From: Pristiophorus japonicus
Lineage: Eukaryota
Length of the DNA stretch: 64,000 nucleotides
Assembly: GCF_044704955.1 (NCBI RefSeq)
Contig: NC_091977.1
Span: forward strand, 164,734,001 to 164,798,000
Reading direction: 5' to 3'
The notes below the pieces were generated by a model. It worked only from the letters and a program-made list of their open reading frames with translations. It searched no databases and had not been told where the DNA came from. Below, in pieces: positions 1-13,200 of this stretch. A program made the translations under genes and the position numbers. Position 1 is the first letter of the stretch, and every line of letters starts with the position of its first letter.

Positions 1-875
1 AGAAGGCTCACTCCAAACCCGCCTGTCCCGAGTACTGCTCAGCTACCGCACGAGACCCCACTCGCTCACAGGGGTGCCCCCGGCTGAGCTACTCATGAAA
101 AGGACACTTAAAACCAGACTCTCGCTGGTCCACCCCAACCTGCATCATCAGGTAGAGAGAAGGTGGCAGCAACAAAATGTAAACGATGGTCGCGCCACTG
201 TGTCACAGGAAATTGATCTGAATGATCCTGTGTATGTGCTAAACTATGGACATGGTCCCAAGTGGATCGCGGGCACGGTGATAGCTAAAGAAGGGAGTAG
301 GATGTTTGTAGTCAAACGAGACAATGGACAAATTTGCAGAAAGCATCTGGACCAAACGAGGCTGCGTTTCACAGACTGCCCTGAACAACCCACAGCAGAC
401 ACCACCCTTTTCGAGCCCACAACACACACCCAAAGAATCAACGACACCACCCCGGACCAGGAAATTGAACCCATCACGCTCAACAGCCCAGCAAGGCCAG
501 GCTCACCCAGCAGCCCTGCAGGGCCAACAACACGCCAGCCCAGCGAGGGCACAGCCAACACACCAGAACAGACATTTGTACCGAGGCGGTCCACCAGGGA
601 AAGAAAGGCTCCCGACCGCCTCACCTTGTAAATAGTTTTCACTTTGACGTTGGGGGGGAGTGATGTTGTGTATCTGTAAAGCATGTACCCCCATATTCCG
701 CCACCAGGGAGCGCATCCCCTGAAGTCCCAAGATATCCCAGTATCCTTTGGGAGCACTGTATACAAGCCGGCCGCTAAGGCCTTGTTCCTCACTCTGGAG
801 TGTCTTATTAAAGACTGAGGTCACTGTTACTTTAACCTCCCTGTGTGCAGCCTCATCTGTGTTAGGAACACAATA
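1..875 (+). mobile_element. Ty3/Gypsy LTR retrotransposon 3' end (integrase C-terminus, PPT, 3' LTR 664-875), cut by the window edge
   Basis: ORF 74-631 is homologous to the integrase tail of the 10204-14066 element (PPAELLMKRTLKTRLSL...PKW.AGTV.AKEG...RRSTRE.K.P.RL.L). A polypurine tract GGGGGGGAG precedes TGTTGTGT (664) ... ACACAATA (875), an imperfect terminal inverted repeat. Confidence 0.9.
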
Positions 876-944
876 GTAAGGTACAGTGTTAGTGAAGCCC
901 TAAACATATTGAAGTTTGAAAGAAGACTTTTGCAGCTAGTCATT

Positions 945-1035
945 CAACAACAACAACTTGCATTTATATGGCTGATTTAATATAGTTAAATATCTCAAGG
1001 CGCTTCCCAGGAATGTTATGAATCAAAATTTGAAC
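945..1035 (-). mobile_element. L2/SINE-type 3' tail fragment
   Basis: (CAA)n followed by CTTGCATTTATAT...CAAGGCGCTT, the same tail as at 8069 and 60400-60465. Confidence 0.55.
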
Positions 1036-1321
1036 AAACCCAACCTAATCTGCTCTTGTCAGGCAGAGCAGTCCTTTGCCGCTCTGCATGAAGCTCAAAA
1101 AGGCCCCAATGAGCTAAAGAATTTTTGTAAGTAAATCTTCATTTCTCACTGTAGTAAAGTTTTAAGACTTTCAGAAAGTCTCAAAGTGACTCACAGTGGG
1201 GGGAATTTCAATCTAAAAAATAAGAACATAAGAACATAAGAATTAGGAACAGGAGTAGGCCATCTAGCTCCTCGAGCCTGCTCCGCCATTCAACAAGATC
1301 ATGGCTGATCTGGCCGTGGAC

Positions 1322-4300
1322 TCAGCTCCACTTATCAGCTCGCTCTCCATAACCCTTAATTCCTTTATTGGTTAAAAATCTATCTATCTGTGATTTGAAT
1401 ACATTCAATGAGCTAGCCTCAACTGCTTCCTTGGGCAGAGAATTCCACAGATTCACAACCCTCTGGGAGAAGAAATTCCTTCTCAACTCGGTTTTAAATT
1501 GGCTCCCCCGTATTTTGAGGCTGTGCCCCCTAGTTCTAGTCTCCCTGACCAGTGGAAACAACCTCTCTGCCTCGATCTTGTCTATCCCTTTCATTATTTA
1601 AAATGTTTCCATAAGATCACCCCTCATCCTTCTGAACTCCAACGAGTAAAGACCCAGTCTACTCAATCTATCATCATAAGGTAACCCTCTCATCTCCGGA
1701 ATCAGCCTAGTCAATCATCTCTGTACCCCCTCCAAAGCTAGTATATCCTTCCTTAAGTAAGGTGACCAAAACTGCACGCAGTACTCCAGGTCGGCCTCAC
1801 TAATACCCTACACAGTTGCAGCAGGACCTCCCTGCTTTTGTACATCATCCCTCTCGCAATGAAGGCCAACATTCCATTCGCCTTCCTGATTACCTGCTGC
1901 ACCTGCAAACTAACTTTTTGGGATTCATGCACAAGGACCCCCAGGTCCCTCTGCACCGCAGCATGTTGTAATTTTTCCCCATTCAAATAATATTCCCTTT
2001 TACTGTTTTTTTCCCCAAGGTGGATGACCTCACATTTTCTGACATTGTATTCCATCTGTCAAACCTTAGCCCATTCGCTTAACCTATCGAAATCTCTTTG
2101 CAGCCTCTCTGTGTCCTCTACACAACCCGCTTTCCCACTAATCTTTGTGTCATCTGCAAATTTTGTTACACTACACTCTGTCCCCTCTTCCAGGTCATCT
2201 ATGTAGATTGTAAACAGTTGTGCTCCCAGCACCGATCCCTGTAGCACACCACTAACCACCGATTTCCAACCCGAAAAGGACCCATTTATCCCGGCTCTCT
2301 GCTTTCTGTTAGCCAGCCAATTCTCGATCCATGCTAATACATTTCCTCTGACTCCGCGTACCTTTATCTTCTGTAGTAACCTTTTGTGTGGCACCTTATC
2401 GAATGCCTTTTGGAAATCTAAATACACCACATCCATCGGTACACCTCTATCCACCATGCTCGTTATATCCTCAAAGAATTACAGTAGATTAGTTAAACAT
2501 GATTTCCCCTTCATGAATCCATGTTGCGTCTGCTTGATTGCACTATTCCTATCTAGATGTCCCGCTATTTCTTCCTTAATGATAGCTTCAAGCATTTTCC
2601 CCACTACAATGTTAAACTAACCGGCCTATAGTTACCTGCCTTTTGTCTGCCCACTTTTTTGAACAGAGGCGTTACATTAGCTGCTTTCCAATCCGCTGGT
2701 ACCTCCCCAGAGTCCAGAGAATTTTGGCAGATTATAACGAATGCATCTGCTATAACTTCCGCCATCTCTTTTAATACCCTGGGATACATTTCATCCGGAC
2801 CAGGGGACTTGTCTACCTTGAGTCCCATTCGCCTATCCAGCACTACTCCCCTATCCCCTAGTGATAGTGATTATCTCAAGGTCCTCCCTTCCCACATTCC
2901 CGTGACCAGCAATTTTTGGCATGGTTTTTGTGTCTTCCACTGTGAAGACTGAAGCAAAATAAGTGTTCAAGGTCTCAGCCATTTCCACATTTCCCATTAT
3001 TAAATCCCACTTCTCATCTTCTAAGGGACCAACATTTACTTTCGTCACTCTTTCCCGTTTTATATATCGGTAAAAGCTTTTACTATCTGTTTTTATGTTT
3101 TGTGCAAGTTTACTTTCGTAATCTATCTTTCCTTTCTTTATTGCTTTCTTAGTAATTCTTTGCTGTCGTTTAAAATTTTCCCAATCTTCTAGTTTCCCAC
3201 TAACCTTGGCCATCTTATACCCATTGGTTTTTAATTTGATACTCTCTCTTATTTCCTTGGTTATCCACAGCTGGTTATCCCTTCTCTTACCGCCCTTCTT
3301 TGTCACTGGAATATATTTTTGTTGCGCACTATGAAAGAGCTCCTTAAAAGTTGTCCACTGTTCCTCAGTTGTATCATCGTTTAGTCTGTGTTTCCAGTCT
3401 ACTTTAGCCAACTCTGCCCTCATCCCACTGTAGTCCCCTTTGTTTAAGCATAGTACGCTCGTTTGAGACACTACTTCCTCACCCTCAATCTGTATTACAA
3501 ATTCAACGATACTGTGATCACTCATTCCGAGAGGATCTTTTACTCGGAGATCGTTTATTATTCCTGTCTCATTACACAGGACCAGATCTAAGATAGCTTG
3601 CTCCCTTGTAGGTTCTGTAACATGCTGTTCTAAGAAACAATCCCGTATGCATTCTATGAATTCCTCCTCAAGGCTACCCCGTGCGATTTGATTTGACCAA
3701 TCGATATGTAGGTTAAAATCCCCCATGATTACTGCCGTTCCTTTTTCACATGCCTCCATTATTCCCTTGATTACTGTCTGCCCCAGCATGAAGTTATTAT
3801 TTGAGGGCCTATAAACTACGCCCACCAGTGACTTTTTCCCCTTACTATCTCTAATCTCCACCCACAATGTTTCAACATTTTGTTCATTAGATCCAATATC
3901 GTCTCTCACAACTGTTATTAACAGAGCTACCCCACCTCCTTTCCCTTCTTGTCTATCTTTCCGAATTGTCAGATACCCCTGTATGTTTAATTCCCAGTCT
4001 TGGCCACCCTGCAACCACATTTCTGTAATGGCCACCAAATCATACCCATTTGTAATGATTTGTGCCGTCAACTCATTTACTTTATTTCGAATGCTGCGTG
4101 CGTTCAGGTAAAGTGTTTTAATACGAGTTTTCAAACCATGATTTTTAGTTTTGACCCCTCCTGCAGCCCCTTTATATTCATACATATTGTCCCTTCCTAT
4201 CACCTTGTGGTTTACACTTACCCCAGTGCTACTCTGCTCTGTTGCCTCCTGCCTTTTGCATTCTTTCTTGGGGTCCTGTTCATTTGAGTTCTCACCCACT

Positions 4301-4360
4301 CTAACTAGCTCAGAGCACTCTCCTGGGTTCCGAATACGCCTTGCATTGAGGCACTGAGCT
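1322..4360 (-). pseudogene. CR1 ORF2 (APE endonuclease + reverse transcriptase), frameshifted
   Basis: ORF pieces 2851-4698, 2604-2843, 2059-2457, 1753-2055 and 1322-1594 carry the APE and RT motifs and the C-terminal RVVNLWNSLP. Confidence 0.92.
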
Positions 4361-4541
4361 TTCATGCTTGCCTTTTTATTACACTTTGACCCTTTAGAAT
4401 TTTGCTGTACGGTGGCCCTTTTTGTTTTTTGCCTTGGGTTTCTCTGCCCTCCACTTTTACTCAACTCCTTTCTGTCTTTTGCTTTTGTCTCCATTTTGTT
4501 TCCCTCTGTCTCCCTGCATTGGTTCCCATCCCCCTGCCATA

Positions 4542-5471
4542 TTAGTTTAACTCCTCCCGAACAGCACCAGCAAACACTCTCCCTGAGACATTGGTTCCGG
4601 TCCTGCCCAGGTGCAGTCCGTCCGGTTTGTACTGGTCTCACCTCCCCCAGAACCGGTTCCAATGCCCCAGGAATCTGAATCCCTCCCTGCTGCACCACTG
4701 CTCAAGCCAGGTATTCATCTGAGCTATCCTGCGATTCCTACTCTGACTAGCTCGTGGCACTGGTAGCAATCCTGAGATTACTACTTTTGAGGTCCTATGT
4801 TTTAATTTAACTCCTAGCTCCTTAAATTCGTCTCGTAGGGCCTCGTCCCTTTCTTTACCTATGTCGTTGGTACCAATGTGCACCACGACAACTGGCTGTT
4901 CACCCTCCCTTTTCAGAATGTCCTGCACCCGCTCTGAGACATCCTTGACCCTTGCACCAAGGAGGCAACATACCATCCTGGAGTCTCGGTTGCAGCCGCA
5001 GAAATGCCTATCTATTCCCCTTTTACTATCGCTCTCACTCTTTTTCCTGCCCTCCTGTGCAGCAGAGCCAGCCACGGTGCCATGAACTTGGCTGCTGCTG
5101 CCCTCCCCTGATGAGTCATCCCCCTCAACATTACTCAAAGTGGTGTATCTGCTTTGCAGGGGGATGACTGCAGGGGACCCCTGCACTACCTTCCTTGCAC
5201 TGCTCTTCCTGCTGGTCTTCCATTCCCTCGCTGGCTGTGGACCCTTCACCTGCGGTAAGACCAGCTCGCTATACGTGCTACTCATGTCATTCTCAGCATT
5301 GTGGATGCTCCAGAATGAATCCACCCTCAGCTCCAACTCCGCAACGCGGACCGTCAGGAGCTGGAGGCAGAAACACTTCCCGCACATGTAGTCGTCAGGG
5401 ATACCGGAAGTGTCCCTGAGTTCCCACATGGTACAGGAGGAGCATATCACGTGACCGAGCTCTCCTGCCAT
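4542..5471 (-). pseudogene. CR1 ORF1 (CxxC..CxxC zinc finger, leucine zipper, SGNH esterase), disrupted
   Basis: Contains CSSCTMW, CGKC, ELELRVD and HIGTND. The GDS motif is lost to a small deletion relative to copy 2 (IVVGDSIVRGIDR), and there is a frameshift near the C-terminus. Confidence 0.88.
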
Positions 5472-6503
5472 GACTTAACCCTAAGATACACTTAAATTGG
5501 CAACAACAATGCTAAAGTTTACTCACTGTTATAGAAGAGAAAAAAGAAAAACTACTCACCAATCACCAGCCAATCACTTACCCCCTTGGCTGTGATGTCA
5601 CCTTTCTATTTCTTTCTATTTCTTTTTTGCCTTCTCCCTGTAGCTGCACCGGCTGCCTCTCGACGCACCTCCTTGATGCTGCTCCCCGGACTCCCTGCTG
5701 TGCCTTTTATAAGCCTCTCGCCGAAGTCCCAACTGCCTCTTGACGCACCTCCTCGACGCTGCTCCCCGGACTCCCTGCTGTGCCTTTTATAGGCCTCTCA
5801 CCGAAATAAGTGGGTTGTGATCATATGGGAAGTTTAAAATTTGAATCCCGACCAGAACCAGCCTGTCCACTTCCAGTTTTAATGGAGGCAGGATGGGAAG
5901 AGTGGGGCGGGGCATTGGGGAGCATTGGGCAGCCAAACCGTTCTCAGGAGGCAGGTCAGCCATTTCAATATTATAATGAAGCTGAAAGCCTCTGCTTTAA
6001 CCTCCATTTAGAATTTAACTTTAGCTGGTCGGGTTTCACATGTCTTGTGAAACCCTTCAGCTAATGCAAGGTGAAGACTACTGAATCTTTGCCTCGTAAA
6101 CTCAGCATCCCTACCTAACAACCCCCTCCCCCATGATTGGAGAACCCCCAAAAAGCCTCCGATCCTGCCAGGCCTCCAATTTTCTCTCCCTCATCGACCT
6201 CTGATCCCTCCCATGAGGCCTACCCCCCATCTCCATGCTTGTCCAGTCCCTGATCTGCTCCTCTGGCTGTTGATCATTCCCTAACCAGCCCCCCACCACG
6301 CCCTCCCCCCACCCACCGTTCCTCTGGCTGCCAATCTGCTCCTCCGGCCCCGGATCTGGCACTCCAGCCCCGGATCTGGCAATCCAGCCGCCGAGCATTG
6401 CCAACCTTCCCCCTCCCCCACCCGCCCCCCCGCGCTCCCAACCTACTCCTCCGGCCCTCCCCGTGTTCCTCCAGCCACTGATCATTTCCTTAACTGTCCC
6501 CCA

Positions 6504-7405
6504 TGTCATGTATGTACATGGTGTTTGTAGCCACCAGATGGTGTCATTGTTGGAGGCCACTGAGCAGCACGGACATGGTGCTGTTCGGGTATAAAAGGCC
6601 AGCCATTTTGTGAGTCAGACACTTTGGGACTAAATAAAGCACAGCCAAGGTCGTAACTTGCTTAGTTAAACAGTACTCAGTTTCAACCGTTATTGCATAC
6701 ATAACATTTGGCGACGAGAATAAAAGAACCTTTGTTTGCAAAATGAGCGCGATTGGATTTTTAGAGCGATTTGTGGAGGGAGAAGATTGGGCAGACTTTG
6801 GGAGCTCTTTGAACCAGTACTTCGTGGCCAACAAAATGAAGGGGGCGACGATGTAGATCGGCGCCGGGCCGTGTTCCTCACTGTGTGCGGTTCAAAGATC
6901 CACGGTCTGATAAAGAATCTATTCATGCCTAGTGATCCAATAGAGAAAACGTACGAGGAGTTGTGTACATTGGTATGGGAGCAACTCAAGCCAGATGACG
7001 GCATCATCTTCTCGAGATACAGGTTTTATACACACGTTTGATTGGAGGACCAGAGTTCGGCGGAATTGGTTGCCGACCTGAGACGTCTAGTGGGACCGTG
7101 CAAGTTCGGGACGGTGTTGGCAGACATGCCGCGGGACTTCTTTGTTATCGGTATCAAACACGAGGTGATCCTGCGCAAACTTCTGGCGGTGGAGGAGTTG
7201 GATTTAAAAGGGCCATCCAGATTGCTCAATCATGTATGATGACGGACAGGAGTTTAAAGCAAATATTGGTGAAGAACCGAACCTCGGCAAGTACTGTCAA
7301 TGCGATTGATTCAGCGTTCGACAGAGCAGCACTTGGCAGAGCCTATCCGGCTGTGTTCGTGAAACCTGTGGCTGCCCAACGTCCGCCAGCGGGAATGTAT
7401 CCTCC
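6504..7405 (+). mobile_element. 3'-truncated Gypsy element: 5' LTR 6504-6706, PBS, frameshifted gag
   Basis: LTR runs TGTCATG...CATAACA with TATAAAA and AATAAA. The PBS TGGCGACGAG is complementary to the 3' end of tRNA-Ser(GCT). Gag-like MSAIGFLERFVEGEDW starts at 6743; later pieces read RRRAVFLTVCG and LRRLVGPCKFG. Confidence 0.88.
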
Positions 7406-7927
7406 ATGTTGGTCCTGACCCTCGATCCTCATCTGACCACTCTCCCTTCCCCCGCCCATGCTGGTCCCAGCCCCCGATCCTCACCTGATCCTCCGACCCC
7501 GCTCCTCTGGCTGGCCCCCCCACCGCCCCCACCCCCCCACCCACCAGCCCCACACGATTCCTCCTTCCTCTCTTCAACCTCGTGCTACAGGCCCACAGCC
7601 AGCCAGTGTCTCAAGCTGACTGGCTATGGGTGGGAAACAATGCAGATCGGGCCTTGCCATTCATTTTGGTATGGCCTGCGGGGAATCTGTTGTCCTGTGC
7701 TCCCCATTAAAATTCAGTCTTAGATCTCAACTAGCGTGAGAACCACTGAGGTTGTGCAAAGATATAATGGAGCATAGAAAACAGAGTGGAATCATGGTGG
7801 AACGAGGTTGCAGCCCATATTCCAGGTGACCCCTCAGAAGCAATCAGACCCATCCACTCTCCTAACCCATGAAATTGTACCTATATGTTTTTGGGCTATT
7901 TACAAATGTCTGCGCATTCTCCTATGA

Positions 7928-8022
7928 GTTTTTTAAAAATTCATTTATGGGATGTGGGCGTCGCTGGCAAGGCCAGCGTTATTGCCCATCACTAATTATC
8001 CCTGAGAAGATGGTGGTCAGCC
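7928..8022 (-). mobile_element. 3' end fragment of a LINE
   Basis: Reverse strand reads ...CCACCATCTTCTCAGGG..ATTAG..ATGGGCAATAA..GCTGGCC..GCCAGCGACGCCCACATCCCAT + A-rich tail. I recognise it as a common shark LINE terminus; family not assigned. Confidence 0.45.
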
Positions 8023-8068
8023 TATTAAAGTTTGTATCATTGCCACCACCATAGATTATGATATTTGA

Positions 8069-8490
8069 TGAACAACAACAACAACAACAACTTGTATTTA
8101 TATAACACCTTTAATGTAGTGAAACGTCCCAAGGAACTTCACAGAAGTATGATGAGATTTTTAAAAATTTGACACCGATCCACTTAAGGATAAATTAAGG
8201 CAGGTGATCAAAAGCTTACTCAAAGAGGTAGGTTTTAAGGAGCATCGTGAAGGAGGAAAGAGAGGTAGAGAGGTGGAGAGTTTTAGGTCAGGAATTCCAG
8301 AGCTTAGGATCCAGATAACAGAAGGCACGGCCACCAATGGCTGAGCGATTATAATCAAGGATACTCAAGAGGGCAGAATTAGAGGAATGCAGACAACTCG
8401 GGGGGTTGTGGAGCTGGAGGAGATTACAGAGACAAAGAGGGGCGAGGCCATGGATGGATTTGAAAGCAAGGATCAGAATTTTGAAATATG
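8069..8490 (-). mobile_element. L2 LINE 3' fragment
   Basis: FKILILAFKSIHGLAP...GGRAF...PKLWNS is an L2 ORF2 C-terminus, followed by a (TTG)n tail. Confidence 0.85.
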
Positions 8491-8533
8491 TTATAGTAGC
8501 TGAAAAATAATATGATCTATTTTCTAAAGACAC

Positions 8534-9062
8534 TGGGGCCAAAAGGTAAGTGGCACCATTGTGTTGCCAGAACTGAGGTATGGCAGGACTCACATTGAGG
8601 TTGTGCCATTGACCTACAGTAAACTGTAGAGGAGCTAACTTAAATATGCAAAGGTATGTAGGGTGTCTAAATATAGACAAAAACCCCTCATGCAAGCGGC
8701 GATGGGGGGATGGCTAAAAAAACTCCTGCAGATTTGGTATTTAGGCTCCACATAGGACATGAAGGCTGGCAATGGAAAGGGGTAGGGGGTGGGCAGACTA
8801 AAAAATACCTAGAAGGATGGAAACTGCATGAAAGGCACAGACCTGCTGCTGCTTAAAGGGCAATAGCAGCACTGGAGGAAGCAGGCAACCTAGGTGAAAA
8901 GGATGGCAACCAGATCAAAGAATCATGCGGCAAACTTTGCTGAACCAGACCTACAGGTCTTCATAATGGGCAGACAGTGCATAAGGGATGGGCTGTCTTA
9001 GATCTGGGGCTGAAGACCTGCCACGAACCTAGTATGTACTTTGTGGAGGGAGATGGCTGTAA
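8534..9062 (+). mobile_element. Harbinger-derived remnant with decayed Myb/SANT-like ORF start
   Basis: Begins GGGGCC. From about 8904 it reads MATRSKNHAANFAEPDLQVFI, then WREMA, resembling the N-terminus of the Harbinger DNA-binding protein. Confidence 0.4.
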
Positions 9063-10203
9063 ATATATATGTGCACCATAAAAATCACTGCTATGAAGTA
9101 AATCTGTTCTTTGTTTCTTCCTGTTTGAGAGGATGTTTGAAGTCTAATTTGCAAGAGGAGACAAGATTTTTCTATAACTCTTTACTGAACTATTGCCTCC
9201 TTAAGCAAACCTCTTCTACAATATTGTCGAGAGAGGTCTGTAGTGTTAAGTGGAATATTACTCCTAGATGGTCTTCTCCTTTGTTGCAGCCTTATCTTGC
9301 ATGTCTCTGTCATTTACTCTTCCTCTTGCTCCTGTCTTGTCTCCATTGTAAGGATATACATTGAAATACATGGTGAACCCATGTTGAGGACTGTGACAGA
9401 AGGGTGGGGAGCAAAAAATGTCCATGTCTGAAGCTGCTGACTGGCAGCTTGCAGAGTGCTTTCTGAGTAGTAAAACTGAAAATATTTTTTAATCGCTTCA
9501 ACCAAAGCTGATGTTTCGAACAGTTTGTGGACATTCAACCACGTCCTGGTTTGACAAGTCATGCAGGTAACTTATCTCTCTTTTCGACAAGCTTAACTTA
9601 AAACAGGTGCAATCCTGATGGAAATTGCAGAATTCTGCGTTAACAAATTTTGTCCTCATTATCCTGTCATTTTGACATGTGCGGCACTTTAACGCAGGCA
9701 AATCTTTTACCAGCAACCATTTCTACTGGAACTTATGTGTATTTTCAAATAGGTGTAACTGGCTTACACCCCAAATTCCAAACCTATGTGTCAGAACGAC
9801 ATCACTTTTGTTCCAAAATAACTTGGGCTTACTATATATACAGAAATCTTTAATGCGTTATGTATGATGCCTTTTACGACTTATCTGTATGGAGTCCTGC
9901 CTACTCTTTTGCAAATGTCTCCATTTGTAAATGTATATACATAAGAGATGGGAAAGAAGTAATGTGCCAAATAGAAAGATATAGGCGTAGAAATCGTAAC
10001 TTATTGCACTTGCTTTATGAGTGCAAAACAAGCACAACGAAGGCCAATTTCAGGGACCAAAGTCCAGCACCCCAAAGATGCTTGAAAGACATCCAACACG
10101 ATATTGGTTCGGGTTATTTTTCAGGCATCCATGGTGGCAAACTAAAACAGGTGTTAGGTCATTCATATATGTAAATAAGGAACCAAATGTCTGTTTTAGG
10201 CTG

Positions 10204-13200
10204 TGTCATGTATTCAACCAGCATTGTAACCCATGTATAAACTGACCTAAGTTGTACACCGTGAGAACACTGACCACTAGGTGGGAGACACTCCTAACCT
10301 GGACCTTCAGGTATAAAAGGAGAAGCTCCACCCACCTTCATCACTTGAGTGCTAAGGAATAAAGGACAGGTCACAAACTGACCTTCTCTCAAGCATGGGC
10401 CTCGTGTGCATTTATACTGTGTAGTAAGGATGTATCAATGGTGACAAGAAACTGGGATTTAAACCACGCGAGCATGGCCACTAGCAGAACAGACGAGAGG
10501 TACTGTGTTAAGGAATGGTTGGGACAGAGATTCAACATTGTTAAAGCAGCACACAGTTCTCCAGGCAGACAAGGGCAGTCAGGCATGCCCCAACATGTAG
10601 TCGAACCCAGAGGGGGAGTTCGACAGAGACAATGGCAAGCTGAACAGCGATTCACGCCATTGCAAGGGACAATGCGGCCAGTAATGGGGCCATCAACACC
10701 TGTTAATGGTGCACTCAAGGACAATAACAGGGGCAGTCAGGGACGATTGACTGGCAAGGGACCTTTTGTTTCAAACCGCAACTCATGCTGGAGGCGTGGA
10801 GGCATACATTCAGCCGGAGTTTGCAGAGATGAGCAAAATACCTGCAGAAATTGCAGAAATGGACACAGGGGGAAATCGCTGGAAGCTGAAGTTCAGCGAG
10901 TTCATGTGGAGCACGTATACAGTGCATAAACCAGGACGCCACCGATAATGATGAAAGTGCTCCTCAATGGCATCCCTATATCAATGGAGTTAGACACGGG
11001 TGCCAGCCAGTCCCTGATGGGTATCAAACAGTTCGAAAAGTTGTGGGCACCCAAGGCCAGGAGGCCAAAATTATCGCCGATTGACGCACAGCTACGGACT
11101 TACACAAAGCAGATCATTCTGGTGCTAGGCAGCGCCACGGTAGTCGTGACCCACAAAGATTCGGAGAACAGGTTGCCACTCTGGATTGTCCCAGGGGACG
11201 GTCCCACACTACTGGGGAGGAGTTGGCTTGCTGTCATGAACTGGAAATGGGGCGATGTCAATGCAATTTCCTCTGTGGAGCGAGTATCATGCTCACAGGT
11301 CCTGGACAAATTGACTCATTATTTCAACCCGGCATTGGCACTTTCATCTGGGCCAAGGTAGTGAGTCACATAAACCCGGACGCCAGACCAGTACACCACA
11401 AGGCCAGAGTGGTGCCGTACGTGATGCGGGAAAAGATAGAAGGTGAATTGGACCGCCTGTTGAGGGAAGGCATCATCTCGCCAGTCGAATTCAGTGACGG
11501 GCGACCCCGATTGTGCCGGTGCTCAAGGCGGATGAGTCGGTCAGGAGATGTGGCGATTACAAGGCCACCATCAATCGGGTGTCACTCCAAGACCAGTACC
11601 CGCTACCGAGAGCGGAGGACCTCTTTGCGACGCTATCCGGTGGCAAACTTTTTTCAAAATTGGACCTGACCTCAGCTTACATGACCCAGGAGCTGGCGAG
11701 TGAGTCGAAGAAGCTGACCACCATCACGACACACAAGGGGTTGTTTGAGTACAACAGATGTCTGTTCGGGATTCGCTCGGCTGCCGCGATCTTCCAACGA
11801 AATATGGAAAGCCTCCTCAAGTCGATTCCAGGGACGGTGGTTTTTCAGGGCGACATCCTCATTACGGGTTACGATACTGAAGAACACCTCCACAACCTGG
11901 AGGAGGTGCTACGCAGACTGGACCGGGTAGGTCTGCGACTGAAAAAGGCGAAGTGTGTCTTCCTAGCTCCAGAGGTAGAATTCCTGCGGATGAGGGTAGC
12001 AGCAGACAGGATCAGCCCTACTGCATCCAAGACGGAAGCGATCCAGAGAGCACCCAGACCCCGTAACATGACGGAGCTGCGTTCGTTCCTGGGGCTCCTG
12101 AATTATTTTGGTAACTTTCTTCCCAAATTGAGCACGCTGCTAGAGCCGCTACACGTGCTCCTACGCAAAGGTCGCGAATGGGTCTGGGGGGATAGCCAGG
12201 AAAGGCCTTTTAATAGAGCACGCTATTTGTTATGTTCCAACAATCTGTTAACGGTATATGACCCATGTAAGAAACTTGTGTTAACGTGCGATGCATCGTC
12301 CTATGGTGTCGGGTGTGTGTTGCAGCATGTCAATGCCAAGGGTCAGTTACAGCCGGTAGCTTATGCCTCCAGGAGTCTGTCCCAGGCAGAAAGGGGCTAC
12401 GGGATGGTAGAAAAGGAGGCGCTCGCATGTGTATATGCGGTAAAGAAAATGCATCGGTACCTGTTTGGCAGGAAATTTGAGCTGAAGACAGATCACAAAC
12501 CCCTAACGTCCCTTTTGGCTGACAACAAGGCCATAAATGCAAACGCATCGGCCCGCATACAGAGGTGGGCACTCACGTTAGCTGCCTATGACTACACAAT
12601 TCGGCACAGACCGGGCACCGAAAACTGCGCCGATGCACTCAGCAGGCTCCCACTAGCCACCACTGAGGGGGCTACCGAGCATGGTGCTGAGATGGTCATG
12701 GCTGTTGAAGCTTTCGGAAGCGAAGGCTCACCCGTGACAGCCCGTCAGCTCAAAGTCTGGACAAACAGAGACCCGCTATTGTCTCTGGTCAAGAAATGTG
12801 TTCTGAATGGGGACTGGGCAGCCACGTACAGGGCATACCCTGAGAAATTTAAACCATTTCACAGGCGCAAGGATGAACTCTCGATTCAGGCCGATTGCCT
12901 ACTGTGGGGAAACCGCGTAGTCATGCCCCAGATGGGCAGAGAGGTGTTCATCAGAGAACTCCACAATGGGCACCCGGTCATTGTCACGATGAAGGCAATT
13001 GCCAGGTCACACGTTTGGTGGCCAGGGATAGACGCAGATCTGGAACTTTGTGTTCGCAGGTGCAACAGCTGGGCAATGCGCTGAATTCGAGGACTTCATG
13101 GCAGGCAATGGAATCAACCATGTCAGAACGGCACCGTTCAAGCCTGCCTCAAGCGGTCAGGCGGAACGAGCAGTGCAGATAATCAAACAGGGGATGCTCA

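Larger units (their letters stand above)
1225..5803 (-). mobile_element. Full-length decayed CR1 LINE (5'UTR monomers, ORF1, ORF2, (TTCTTATG)n tail)
   Basis: ORF1 has a zinc finger, zipper and esterase. ORF2 has APE endonuclease (LNARSI, MGDFN, SDH) and RT ([15 protein letters not shown]). AAATAAG on both sides (1218-1224, 5804-5810) is consistent with a TSD. Confidence 0.95.
1197..7720. mobile_element. Old non-autonomous interspersed element (MITE-like) split by a CR1 and a Gypsy fragment
   Basis: Removing 1225-5803 rejoins GGGGGGAATTTCAATCTAAAAAATAAG-TGGGTTG...ACTTCC.GTTTTAATG...CAGGAGGCAGG...AATATTAT.A.G. This matches copies at about 37643 and 44271. Confidence 0.55.

Noticed and set aside
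11513-13084. Domesticated or active reverse transcriptase gene
   Set aside because: The catalytic motif is mutated (FQGD), flanking frames are shifted, the integrase core is deleted, and it lies between LTRs.
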